Part shown: positions 21,631-31,940 of the stretch, one piece after another | Layout: each line of letters starts with the position of its first letter | How positions within the stretch are numbered: position 1 is the first letter of the stretch | Source: Cyanidioschyzon merolae | Taxonomy: Eukaryota | DNA: 64,000 bases | Assembly: GCA_000091205.1 (NCBI GenBank) | Contig: AP006488.2 | Direction: 5' to 3' (one strand) | The notes under the pieces: model-generated | Told to the model about the DNA's origin: nothing | The model's database searches: none | Seen by the model: the letters and a program-made list of their open reading frames with translations, nothing else | Translations under genes and position numbers: made by a program

Positions 21631-22303
21631 GTTTTGTACAAAAGTATAACAAAGATCCCTTAGCGGCGATGCGACTTTCTCATGGCGGGTATCGACGTCG
21701 TACCATATTAACCATTATTGGTCTAAAAAGTACAACAAAGGTCCCTTAGCGGCGATGCGACTTTCTCATGGCGGGTATCGACGTCGTACCATATTAACCA
21801 TTATTGGTCTAAAAAGTACAACAAAGATCCCTTAGCGGCGATGCGACTTTCTCATGGCGGGTATCGACGTCGTACCATATTAACCATTATTGGTCTAAAA
21901 AGTACAACAAAGGTCCCTTAGCGGCGATGCGACTTTCTCATGGCGGGTATCGACGTCGTACCATATTAACCATTATTGGTCTAAAAAGTACAACAAAGGT
22001 CCCTTAGCGGCGATGCGACTTTCTCATGGCGGGTATCGACGTCGTACCATATTAGCCATTATTGGTCTAAAAAGTACAACAAAGGTCCCTTAGCGGCGAT
22101 GCGACTTTCTCATGGCGGGTATCGACGTCGTACCATATTAGCCATTATTGGTCTAAAAAGTACAACAAAGATCCCTTAGCGGCGATGCGACTTTCTCATG
22201 GCGGGTATCGACGTCGTACCATATTAACCATTATTGGTCTAAAAAGTACAACAAAGATCCCTTAGCGGCGATGCGACTTTCTCATGGCGGGTATCGACGT
22301 CGT
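21631..22303. repeat. Minisatellite: 86-bp unit x ~7.8 tandem copies
   Basis: Unit 'cccttagcggcgatgcgactttctcatggcgggtatcgacgtcgtaccatattaaccattattggtctaaaaagtacaacaaag(a/g)t'. Unit starts at 21657, 21743, 21829, 21915, 22001, 22087, 22173, 22259, an exact 86-bp period. Variants: aaagatccc vs aaaggtccc, attaacc vs attagcc. Confidence 0.95.
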
Positions 22304-22689
22304 GCTCCATTGCGTTCGATCACTCGGGTTTTTGTTTGATGGTACGTCTACATTGACCTGGGGTTCCAGATTCCAGGTTGGATAATAGCATTCTTGAAAG
22401 TGCCCATCATGGTGCACCATACCTCCATGCGCCATTCCACATACTTGCTCTTGGACGTACCGGCCGCTTGATACGTTCTATTGTTCGCAGAGTGCCTGCG
22501 CTGCGCACCTGCCATAGCGCCTAAACCCCTGGTACAGATGCATCACGGAGACAGAACGACTTTACCATACTAGCAAGGGCATCGGCATGAGGCGCGCTCC
22601 ACTCGACACGGAATCAGGATTCATCATCATCCTGAGCATAGGGAAGCTGCGCAGACGGACCTACTGCATGCCGCAGCGCGAAGCGATGT

Positions 22690-22870
22690 ACTAGGAGTCC
22701 ACTGCGACCGGGGCGACGTCCAGATGCAGCTTACTTGTTCCTTGTCCCAGAATAAACTGCATTGCGGACGCGTTGCTCAGGTCTCGACACAACACCCCGG
22801 TATTGGAAGGAGCACGAGGCACTAGGCTGGCAGACTCGTCCGGCTCGCGTGATTCTCCGCCTGCAAAGTC
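22690..22870 (-). repeat. Short dispersed repeat (~180 bp), copy 1; homologous (~75% identity, opposite orientation) to 42290-42470
   Basis: The reverse complement of 22.7 kb ('gcgagccggacgagtctgccagcct...gacctgagcaacgcgtccgcaatgcagtttattctgggac') aligns to 42.3 kb ('gcgagccgaacgagtctcccaggct...gatctgagcaactcgtctgcaacgcaattcattctgggac'). The six-frame peptides 'DLSNASAMQFILGQG' and 'DLSNSSATQFILGLG' reflect this. Confidence 0.55.
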
Positions 22871-23392
22871 AACTTGAGAAAATACGGAAAACTCTGTTCC
22901 ATATGCAACGCTGAACATGAAGCTTGAATGAAAGTGTTATCCAGGTGCTTGTCAGTTGTCACTTTCTGTACTCTCGAACAGACTTTCTCGCAGGGTATTT
23001 GTGCCCGGAAATTGTTGCTCGTTGCCAATCTTCAGGAAACAGCATCGCCACCGGAGTATTCGGAATGGATCGCTCTTTACAAGTTTGACGTCAACCTCTT
23101 CAAACGCGGATGAGCATAATCGACGCACAACGACAGTCAGGTATCTGGATCATACATAGGCATACTTTCATGGACACACTTGGGAGTAACATGGCGGTCT
23201 CGGAATTCCCGTGGAGGACGTTCCCAGCGCTTGACCTGGCGATGCGTCCGAAAGCGCACCTGTGCAATGCGTTCCGCGAAGCACATGTCCGTAGACGGGC
23301 CGGGGCGCGAGAAAACTTTACTTCTGGCGTCTGCAGTCACTTTAGGGCTTTGCGCTGCGTTCAATATACGCTGACGATCCTGTACTCCGTCA

Positions 23393-23983
23393 TTGGTAGC
23401 GTTCGCTTCCTTCTCGAGCGAACACGGGTACCCGTTGCAACCAGCGCCCGAACGTACGTGCGCCTGGAGCCCGTGCCCCAGCACCAGCACTCTCTCGCTA
23501 CTTGAACGCTGTCCGCGAGACTCGTGCACTTTTCCACCGAACCTTTCGAAAACGTCACCTGGCAGCGGCTTGATGCAAGGCAGACTGTTTCTGCGGGGTT
23601 TACGATTTTTTGGTTATCACGGCGCGGTGGCGGCAGAGCGAACGCTTGGCCAAGTGTTCCAGGTGGACCTCGAGGTTGCCACCAGCGTCCTCGGTCGAGC
23701 AGCGCGAAGCGATTCCCTTCAAGATACCCTCGATTATGTGAAACTGTACGAAATCGTAAAAGAGGTTGTGCAGGGCCCTCCAAGGAACCTCGTTGAAACC
23801 TTAGCCCTCGATATTATTCAGCGAGTTTTCCAGTCGTTTCAAGATGCCGAGGAGGTCTCGTGCGCAGTGCACAAACCCGCGATTTCGATTCCGGGAAAAG
23901 TGGACCAAGGCTCTATCGGTGTTCAGTTTACCAGGACAAGGCAAGCTTCATGCAGCAGCAACAGCGCCGCCACACCGTGTTAG
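23393..23983 (+). CDS. folB: Dihydroneopterin aldolase (folate biosynthesis, FolB family) with N-terminal extension
   Basis: The core from about 23570 reads 'GRLFLRGLRFFGYHGAVAAERTLGQVFQVDLEVATS...SDSLQDTLDYVKLYEIVKEVVQGPPRNLVETLALDIIQRVFQSFQDAEEVSCAVHKP', the classic DHNA tunnel-fold pattern (initial 'FxGYHG', 'DYxxly', final 'KP'). The upstream ~60 codons may be a presequence or not coding. Confidence 0.75.
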   Translation: MVAFASFSSEHGYPLQPAPERTCAWSPCPSTSTLSLLERCPRDSCTFPPNLSKTSPGSGLMQGRLFLRGLRFFGYHGAVAAERTLGQVFQVDLEVATSVLGRAARSDSLQDTLDYVKLYEIVKEVVQGPPRNLVETLALDIIQRVFQSFQDAEEVSCAVHKPAISIPGKVDQGSIGVQFTRTRQASCSSNSAATPC

Positions 23984-24243
23984 AGAACGCCTTGTAGCTA
24001 GTTGCCAGAGCAGTACCCGGTCTGCTTGAAGGGTACATTCACAGGTCTAGCGAGGAACTGCAGTGCTCGCCACTGCGGCTCTAGTGCATGACGAAAAATG
24101 GATATGCATTCAACGCGAACCGATCATCCCGGAATTGTGTATGTCGCAAGCAAGCACGTGCCGCCTGGTATCGCTGACCAGTTCGAACACGGGCGCAGAC
24201 GATGTGCCGTGGCACGCTCAGCGCCCCCGGTCTCTCTCCTGGA

Positions 24244-24264
24244 GTGTGTGTGTGTGTGTGTGTC
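24244..24264. repeat. (GT)n microsatellite
   Basis: 'gtgtgtgtgtgtgtgtgtgtg' read directly; it is followed at 24358-24386 by a (GTC)9 run. Confidence 0.9.
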
Positions 24265-24791
24265 TATCGATACACCTGGTAATCGCGTCTGTCTTTCCTA
24301 TTTCAGCGGGCCGGGAAACGCGCGCCGCTGCGAATGCTCACGGACGGGCTGTCTTCGTGGTCGTCGTCGTCGTCGTCGTCGTCGTCACGATTATCATGAT
24401 CATCATCATACTGTGCAGTTTGGGGCGATTCCCAGTCGCGTTCGTGCCAACACAAGCATCTGGCGTGGCCGCTCGTTCCGCATATCAGCGGAAACGCGCT
24501 TCCGCGGAAAAAGCTCATTGGCGCCGATACTCCAAAGGCCCCGTTGATGCAGCCTCGGACGCACGCCAAGCTCACGACATCAACTCGTGTACGCGATACG
24601 CGTCCGCGAGTCCATTGCCTGATAGTAGCGAAAGACGGTGCCTTGAGCATAGCCCTCCTCTCTCATTGCGTCCATCAACGGGTCGACGCAACTGCTGCAT
24701 CTGGTCTGTAGACGGTGCGAGCCAGCGCTTCCCCCTGGGAGGCACTCCACGCAAGGTCGAACGCTTTCAGACAGCAGCACCAGTGCGATAC

Positions 24792-27428
24792 TCAGGGTGT
24801 AGGACCGCCAACGGTCTCGACGCCTTGCCCGGGATCCGCACCGGATAGCGCTTTGTCCTGCGCCACGGTTGCCGCTTTTCCGGTCGGCGAAGCGCCCTGG
24901 GCGAGTTCGTCAAAAGTCTTGTGCTCTACAAAGGGGCGCTTCCCGAGTAGCGTTTCCATACCCTCCCGCGTAATCATTTCATTCGCCAGTAACTCCTCTG
25001 CAACAAGGCGAACCTGTTCCTTCTTCTCCTCGAGTAAACTTCGAGTTCGCTCGTAGGCACTGCGCACAAGCTGACGAACCTCTTCGTCAATCTTCTGGGC
25101 AGTTTTATCGCTGTACGGCTTGTAGAAGCGCGGTGATGTATCATCATTCCGCCGCTGGAAAGCAAGATTTCCCAGTGCATCGCCCATACCCCATTGGGTC
25201 ACCTGGTTGTACGCCATGGTGGTGATCTTTGAAAAGTCGTCGGCCGCACCAGTACTTATCTGACCAAAGAAAATCTCCTCGGAAACGCGTCCAGCTAGGG
25301 TCATGCACATGAGGTCCAGCAGCTGTTCCCGCGAATACAGTCGCTGGTCCCGCGGCTGGTACTGTGCATAGCCGAGCGCTGCAGAGCCCCGCGGCACGAT
25401 CGAAACTTTCAGCAGTGGACTTGCGTATTCCAGAAACCAGCCCGCAACTGCGTGCCCCGCTTCGTGATACGCCACGGTTCGCTTTTCCTCGGGTGACATG
25501 ACCATGGTTTTCTTCTCAATGCCACCGATTACCCGATCTATCGCTGCTTCAAAGTGAGCGCGCGCGACCCCTTTGGCACCAGCGCGGGCAGCGATCAATG
25601 CAGACTCGTTACAGACATTTGCGATATCCGCGCCCGCAAAACCCGGAGTTCGTGCGGCAAGCTCTTTCGCGATAGCCTCTCGATCGATGGAGGGGTCCAG
25701 TTTCAAGGGGCGCAAGTGCACCAGGAAGATATCTTTGCGGCCTTTGATGTCGGGTGGATCGATGGCGATCTGCCGATCAAAGCGACCTGGACGCAGGAGC
25801 GCTGGATCCAAAACGTCTACCCGATTGGTACCAGCGAGAACGACCACCCCGCTGTTGGGCTGGAAGCCGTCCATCTCCACAAGCAGTTGATTCAAGGTAT
25901 TTTCGCGTTCATCGTTACCTCCAATGAGGCCACCACGGCCTCGTGATCGACCGATGGCGTCGATCTCGTCGATAAAGACGATGCACGGGGCAAGCTGCCG
26001 TGCTTGTGCGAAGAGGTCGCGAACGCGCGAGGGGCCCACTCCAACAAATAGCTCCATAAAGTCGGAACCATTGATCGTCAGGAAAGGGACGCCAGACTCG
26101 CCAGCGGTGGCTTTCGCGAGCAGCGTCTTGCCGGTGCCGGGCGGGCCGTGTAAAAGTGCGCCCTTGGGTATCTTTGCACCGATGCGCTTGTACCGCTCTG
26201 GACTTTTCAGATAGCTCACAAATTCCATGATTTCTTCTTTGGCTTCATCAAGTCCCGCCACATCACTGAACCGAGTGCCGATGCGGCTCTTTGGATCTCG
26301 ATTGAGCACCGTCACGGAAGCGCGTCCGACGTTGAAAATGCCGCCACCGGTGATGCCGCCGGCGCCGCTGCCGCTGCCAGTGCTACCGCTGCTTCCTGGC
26401 GGACGCAGCATGCCACCAAAAGGGAAGCCCGCCCCTGTACCGCCGCGAGCTCCGAAGCCGCCCAGTCCACTCATTCGTCTCACAATGTAGATGTAGGCTC
26501 CGATAAGGAGAATGGTGGGCGCCCAGTTCACCAGGGTCGACAGCGCAGAGGTCTCATTTCGGTATACAATCGGAATGTAATCGATGGGCTCCAGACCCAT
26601 GCGCGACTGAATATCCTCGAGTCGTCGTTCCAGGACATCGACACTGGGCACCACAAAGGTTGCCACGGGTCTCTGCCACGGGCTCTCCCACGGCGACCCG
26701 TTGCCGGGGCGAGCACTTGCACGACCCTGCGCCTCGCGTTTGAGAAAGACACGGGCTTCGCTGCGGTTCACGACCACGATGTGGGATACGAGCCCTCTCT
26801 CCAGATACTCACGACTGAACTCTTGGAACGAGATCTGACGCGGTTTGGGTGTGCTGAACGGGTTGCTCGCACCTGACTCGGATCCGCTCAGCCAGAGCGC
26901 TGCGGCTAGACCGGAGCCAAACACGAGAAGCGCCCACCAGTTGGGTCCGGGTGCGCCTCCGCCGCTTCTGCTGCCTTTCGCTCGGGAGGCGTCGCCGCGC
27001 TCGGGTTGGGTATCACTAGCCAGACCCTCCCGGTCTGCTGGCGAACCGACCCCCGGTTTTAAGGTTGGCTGCTCTTCTGGCGGCTTTCCCTTCTTCCAAC
27101 CACGTGGGTACAAGTCGCGAAACGAGGAGTTCCATCTGTTTGCAGACAAGCAGCGTGCAAGCAGTTCGTCGGGAGCGCGTACCACTCTATGTACCACTTC
27201 ACGTCGCAACAGACCAGCGTTCTGGGAGTCAGCCCCAGAGCAGCGCAGGTGCACAGCAGCTTTTTGCGCACCGCTCAGCGCTGAACCTCTCCACAGGTGT
27301 ACCAATAATCTTCTACTACAGAGCGCTTGCATCGAGAGCCAAAAGCTCGGTGCCTTGGCCTGCACCTCACGAGGCACACTGCCTGTACTGGACGCCAGCT
27401 GGTTGCCCCCGTATTCACCCGCAAGCAA
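24792..27428 (-). CDS. AFG3: Mitochondrial m-AAA protease, AFG3/YTA10-12/paraplegin family (FtsH-type AAA+ metalloprotease)
   Basis: Walker A '[17 protein letters not shown]', Walker B '[11 protein letters not shown]', SRH '[28 protein letters not shown]', Zn-protease '[11 protein letters not shown]'. The eukaryote-typical N-terminal extension carries a TM segment. The start may be the internal Met ('[15 protein letters not shown]', about 27332), which looks like a mitochondrial presequence. Confidence 0.9.
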   Translation of the reverse strand: MLAGEYGGNQLASSTGSVPREVQAKAPSFWLSMQALCSRRLLVHLWRGSALSGAQKAAVHLRCSGADSQNAGLLRREVVHRVVRAPDELLARCLSANRWNSSFRDLYPRGWKKGKPPEEQPTLKPGVGSPADREGLASDTQPERGDASRAKGSRSGGGAPGPNWWALLVFGSGLAAALWLSGSESGASNPFSTPKPRQISFQEFSREYLERGLVSHIVVVNRSEARVFLKREAQGRASARPGNGSPWESPWQRPVATFVVPSVDVLERRLEDIQSRMGLEPIDYIPIVYRNETSALSTLVNWAPTILLIGAYIYIVRRMSGLGGFGARGGTGAGFPFGGMLRPPGSSGSTGSGSGAGGITGGGIFNVGRASVTVLNRDPKSRIGTRFSDVAGLDEAKEEIMEFVSYLKSPERYKRIGAKIPKGALLHGPPGTGKTLLAKATAGESGVPFLTINGSDFMELFVGVGPSRVRDLFAQARQLAPCIVFIDEIDAIGRSRGRGGLIGGNDERENTLNQLLVEMDGFQPNSGVVVLAGTNRVDVLDPALLRPGRFDRQIAIDPPDIKGRKDIFLVHLRPLKLDPSIDREAIAKELAARTPGFAGADIANVCNESALIAARAGAKGVARAHFEAAIDRVIGGIEKKTMVMSPEEKRTVAYHEAGHAVAGWFLEYASPLLKVSIVPRGSAALGYAQYQPRDQRLYSREQLLDLMCMTLAGRVSEEIFFGQISTGAADDFSKITTMAYNQVTQWGMGDALGNLAFQRRNDDTSPRFYKPYSDKTAQKIDEEVRQLVRSAYERTRSLLEEKKEQVRLVAEELLANEMITREGMETLLGKRPFVEHKTFDELAQGASPTGKAATVAQDKALSGADPGQGVETVGGPTP

Positions 27429-27966
27429 GCAGGTACATGAGCATAGAAGCGCGCATTACCGTTGCCGTTCTGTACCGGGCGACGGTGCCTTGTGCTGGAG
27501 GCGAAGCGGGGGCATAAATGTAGTTATTCATCCTAGTATGGATTTATTCATATAGGCATGTCTCATTCACACTTTGATTGCGCGCATGCACCGATGCCAC
27601 GCAATACGTTGCCTGATCGCTAAGTATGTACATTAATGAACCTTTTAGACTAAAAGAGTACCCATCCACTGGATCATGAAGACACAGCGGAAGCTGACTA
27701 GCCAGCCAGCAGGCCGGCAGGCGCCGCCCCGTGCGCGACCCTGCCGTCGAGCGGTTCGTCGAGAGCGCTCGCGCGCGCATGAGCCATGGGATCTCTGTGT
27801 CGGGCTGCGAGCGTTTAGCGCTTTCACGGCTGGCTGTGTGGGCGGCAGCTTTGCGTGAGCGGACTTAAGAGTATTGAACAGTGCTTGTCCCGGGAACCTG
27901 ACCGAATACTTCTTATTTTGAGTTCATCTTGCGAGATAGTGTTGCACAGACGCTCTCTAGAAACCC

Positions 27967-28227
27967 ATGTCCATGAACCGAACTGGAACGGACTGGCACC
28001 CTTGGCCGGCCGTTGCGCGTTTTCCAAAGTCTGTCCAGCTTCTCGGAGGTGTCGGTTTATCGCTTGTATTTGCGTATACCATGGTGGAGTTCTCGCGACG
28101 CATCGGAAGCCGTCCGCGAACGGTGGTGGAGGACTGGCAGGCGGAAACGGAGAAGCGCGCGCTCCAAAAGGAGCGTGAAGCCGGTGAACCTACCGTGCTG
28201 AACCCCATTTCCCGCTCGTTCAAGTAA
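27967..28227 (+). CDS. Small single-TM protein, possibly NADH:ubiquinone oxidoreductase B12 (NDUFB3)-like
   Basis: 86-aa ORF 'TDWHPWPAVARFPKSVQLLGGVGLSLVFAYTMVEF...': a 'PW..R.P' motif followed by one hydrophobic helix and a charged tail. It is divergently oriented ~540 bp from the AFG3-like start. The similarity is weak and the call is tentative. Confidence 0.3.
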   Translation: MSMNRTGTDWHPWPAVARFPKSVQLLGGVGLSLVFAYTMVEFSRRIGSRPRTVVEDWQAETEKRALQKEREAGEPTVLNPISRSFK

Positions 28228-29886
28228 CGGCTCGCTATCGCTCTGGTTGCGGTAGGGACAGGTGTCGTGCGTGTCGCGGCCTAGTGCTGTGGGGGCAACG
28301 GCTAAGAAGCACACTGCAGCGGTTCAGTGGTGGTATTATTGCGAAGGTGCACGGGGCTCTGGCCAAAAGCTCACTGGCACCAGAAGCTCGGCGAGTGGTC
28401 GCTGGGTGCGCACCAGATGTTCGCGCGATCGGAGAGCAACCGTGTCCGATACGAGAATCAACGTCGTGGATCAGGTTTGGTGGCGTGGAGCCCGCGGGAA
28501 CTTTTGGGTCTGAGGCTGGTCTAGGGAGCGCACCCGTTTTTGGTCTCGTGTGCGTAACGCGGACGCGGCACCGACTGAATGATCGCAGAAGCTGTTTTTG
28601 AACTAGGCATGTGCGGAAGCGCACCGCGACCGTAAACCGAGCATCCGCAACACATGAAGTCTCCGGCTGAGTGCACGCAGTCTCGCACGTTAGGTTTGCG
28701 CAATCGTAGGATACGCCGCACCTCTCCAGCTGGTGCGCTTCTTGCCTCGGTTCGTTGCAGGGAAACGGGGATGCGTCCTAATGGACGTCTGGGGGCATGC
28801 TAGTGCAGCGTTGAAATGTCGATGTTCTGCTTTCCAGAACGTCGTTTTTTTTTGAGGAGACGAGCTACGTCTTCTCCGATTCCGCATGTGGTTGATCAAG
28901 CACCCTGGCGACGGAATGTGAGGTTGCCGACGAAAAATGTACGTCTCGAAGGAGCGGTTTCACTACTGGTACGCTTCGATCTGGACATGCCGCATCATCG
29001 CCGTCTCGTTAGCTCGACCGATGGATTTTGAGCATCGCGCACACGAACCTGTTCCTTTGACATGCAATAACGGTACACTGAAGTGCCTGCGCTGTTCCTG
29101 ACTTGCGACGTTTTTCCGAATTTTTGTTAAATGGACAGCATCGATGTTGGACGTGCAGCAATAAACGATAGAATGCATTCCTTTTCCTATGATTTTCGGT
29201 TGTGTATTCGGAGTGGCTCCTTCGATTCTTTACGCCGGAAATTCTGACGTCACCGGGATCTGGCTGATTTACGAAGCCCGCCAATAGAGCCCAGGAAAAT
29301 GACCGATATGATCCTGCAATGCTTCCATACAAGCCTACATTCTGCTCCTCTTCTTACATGAAGCATACTCGATTATCGCATGCTGCAAGTTTTTGAGGGT
29401 TCTTGTTCACTGTAAGCTGTGGGCGCGGCAACTCGCGCCCCGGGATCGACAAGGAAACGTCTGGAAGACATCGCTTGACGACGTCTTTGCAAGCTCATGC
29501 CGATCGTTCACTGCAGTGGTCATCTCAAAGGATGGATTCCGTTCGAAAGATGAAACCTCGTTTTTTTTCTGGTCATCGAAGAAACTGCTCCAGACAGCAG
29601 CATGATAGCGCTCACGGGATCTGCACCGAGAGGTTCCCGTCCCTGTTGTCTGCGGGGAGAAGGGCCTCAGGCTCGGACGCGAGTCATTGCGGCGATTGCC
29701 TGCCGTGGAGCAAGTCTCATCGTTTTGTGCGAAGGGTGCCTAGACGAATTGCAAGTTCACATGTTTTTTCCAATGTCCATTTTCCAGCGGTAGCTTTTTT
29801 CAGCGTGTACAACATCGCATTCCGCAAATCCTCTATCGAATGAAATAGCTCGCAGGTGCATGTGAACCGGACCCAATGCTCGCCGA

Positions 29887-30236
29887 ATGTTTCTCCAGGG
29901 GGAAGTACGCGATCGTCCGGTGCGGTACCAGGAGCGGTACCGGAGGTCGGCACAGAGAGCGGAGCCTTCTGTACCAGTCAACGGCACGTACCGGGCGACG
30001 AAGAAGATGTTAACGGGGCGCCGGGCAGCGCTCGGCGGTGCTGCGTTGTCGACATATGGGAAGACCTTGTTACATTCAAGTGTTCACGCTGCGAAGATCG
30101 CAACGAAGCTGTAACCAATGAAGAAGGACATAGTAGGCAAAGCGTCGATAGCGCCCTCCGCCCGTACATCGAATGCGTGGACCACTGCTGGAAGCCACGA
30201 GATCGGGACTCGAACGCCGCCATCACTATGCTTTGA
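29887..30236 (+). mobile_element. TnpB/Fanzor-like (OMEGA-type RuvC nuclease) C-terminal remnant, subtype 1; frameshifted pseudogene
   Basis: Two overlapping frames give '...ALSTYGKTLLHSSV' (RuvC-II-like 'yGk.vv') then 'TFKCSRCEDRNE...RPYIECVDHCWKPRDRDSNAAITML'. This is a CxxC...CxxxC zinc finger followed by an 'RDxNAAxN' RuvC-III-like motif, characteristic of TnpB/Cas12/Fanzor. Stops and frameshifts are present. Confidence 0.55.
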
Positions 30237-30559
30237 CTGTGAACATCGTAGCTGGAAAGAAAGGGCACACCAGCTACTTGAAAACTGGAGATGTGGTAGA
30301 GAAACGAATCCGTAGTAGGAACAGCTCGCCGAGGTCGCAGTTGCGAAACACCTGGGAGCAAAGCAAACCGAATCGTGCACATCGGCATGATCAAAGTGTA
30401 CCCGTCCCATTCCAAGCTAACGTGGATAGATACCACTGCCATGATCAAATCGCTTGTAGACTATCAACGTACTTTGGGTTCACCCCTGATACGGTACATA
30501 GCAGGAGATCGAATTCGCGATGCAATGTAATCTATAGATTGGAGACGGATTGCCTGTAG

Positions 30560-31390
30560 AATAGATTCATTTCTGAACAGTACATAGCGGACTGTGTTCC
30601 TCCTTCAGTTCAGTTATACGACAGTACTCAGATGGTTGAGGAAGACTGATAAATACAAGAAGATACGCGCTGTGCCAAAAACTGATATTCTCAAAAGTGC
30701 TTTCGGTCCGTGGCAGAAAACGACCTGTTGATTACCGTACAGGAAGCAAAACCGACGATCGTAACGACCACAAGCGTCTCTGTTTCTCAACAGATTGTAA
30801 GTACCGTCCTGAAAACAATGGGATCTAGTTGCAGATAAAGAGTCCTTGGTCATACACGGCAAACTTCCAGCGAAATCGCAACGAATACAGCGTTCCTGGA
30901 AAGTCATTGTAAGTATGAAACACGGGCACGTCGCTGTGTTTGTTCAGTCAATGAAACTTGCTTCGGAAGAAACGATCGGACCATGCACGGGTATCTTCGA
31001 GGTGCATGGAGCTCTTTTTATGTACGATCAAACTCGAAGCGAACGATAACACCATCTCTTCTATCTGGAGTGTATTCATTTGGCGACCTCAGTTTCGATC
31101 GCAGAGGAGGCTTGTAGATCAGCATCCGCTTTGTCGAATCATTGAAGACTTTCCTCTGACGTCTTGCGCCGTCCTGCTGTTGGACAACATGACATTTCAC
31201 CATTCGGGTTGCAAGCGTGATTCTGTCTATTCTCACTAGGTAAAGCTGGTTTTCGTTCCCCAGTACTTTTCGTTGGTCGACCCCATCGAGGGAGTCTGCT
31301 CTATCGTGAAACGTAGTCATCGCTCCAATGGGCGATTCGCTGAAGCGTTCAGCGCACGGTGACCCACCGGGGCACATGTCGTCTCTCTTC
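30560..31390 (+). mobile_element. Tc1/mariner (IS630-like) DDE transposase remnant, copy A; multiple frameshifts
   Basis: Frames give 'TVLRWLRKTDKYKKIRAVPKTDILKSAFGP' (HTH region), 'VQSMKLASEETIGPCTGIF', 'LLLDNMTFHHSG' (DDE 'DNAxxH' motif) and 'VPQYFSLVDPIEGVCSIVKR' (the 'PPYSPDLNPIENVW' motif). Each segment has a counterpart in copy B at 46640-47730. Confidence 0.65.
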
Positions 31391-31830
31391 CACAAGTCCT
31401 TGTCTCTCGGGGAAGACGCTCACCCAGGGTCGTCAAGAAATGCGTTTATCTTGAAAAAATCAAAGGGAAAGTTATGGACATGCAACTCGAAGATGCTTGA
31501 GAGCGCCGTCACCACCCCGTTCCACAAAAAACGAAAAAGATCCGTTTCTCGCCAAGTACCGAGTGACGAAGAAGACGACGATGAGGGATAGACGAGAAAA
31601 ACAGGATGTTTGCCCTGCGGAACGATAATGAAACTACAGTGGTTCAGAGGGAGCGAATCCGAGGAATCCTCGCAACGCTGAATCCCATCAGATGCAAGAA
31701 ACGCATGGAGTTCGTGAACCGAGACCTTAACGCTGCTATGAATAGCAGACAATGTGCGATACTGAAGAAAATACCCGAGGAAAGAACACAATTGAACTTT
31801 CTGGGGCAGCCTCTTAGACTCTAGAAACGC
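31330..31830 (+). mobile_element. TnpB/Fanzor-like C-terminal remnant, subtype 2; pseudogene
   Basis: 'FILKKSKGKLWTCNSKML...' (RuvC-II/ZnF-like 'kGk...TSqtCs') then 'NPIRCKKRMEFVNRDLNAAMNSRQCAILKK...NFLGQPLRL'. It is homologous to the minus-strand copy at 41440-41890 ('ADCNARREFQNRYVNAAINTRRCAVL...NFVAQPLRL'; 'FSNLWTGASSRLQC'). Confidence 0.55.
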
Positions 31831-31940
31831 ACAAGGAGAAGCTGAAACTCATAGGAGGCCACCGGTCGAAGAACGCCCGAGAAGCGTCTCGACGTTGGTG
31901 TGGATTCACGCGACAGCCGCGGAACTGCGCTTGAGAATTT

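Noticed and set aside
21631-22303. CRISPR-like array (regular direct repeats)
   Set aside because: The 86-bp units are contiguous with no unique spacers, and the locus is eukaryotic; it is a minisatellite.
24792-27428. Bacterial interpretation of the window (FtsH, cystathionine gamma-synthase, FolB, HAAO all have bacterial homologs)
   Set aside because: CNOT1, Sec23, CPSF30, PP2A-B56, UTP7 and the EDC4-like protein are strictly eukaryotic. The FtsH-type protease has the eukaryotic m-AAA N-terminal extension.
29009-29332. Additional mariner-like fragments on the minus strand at about 29.2 kb and 40.2 kb ('RIEGAT'/'RVEGAT' blocks)
   Set aside because: Only a short motif-level match plus ~70 bp of nucleotide similarity between the two sites; too little to call features. 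They are mentioned only as a possible pattern under the mariner finding.
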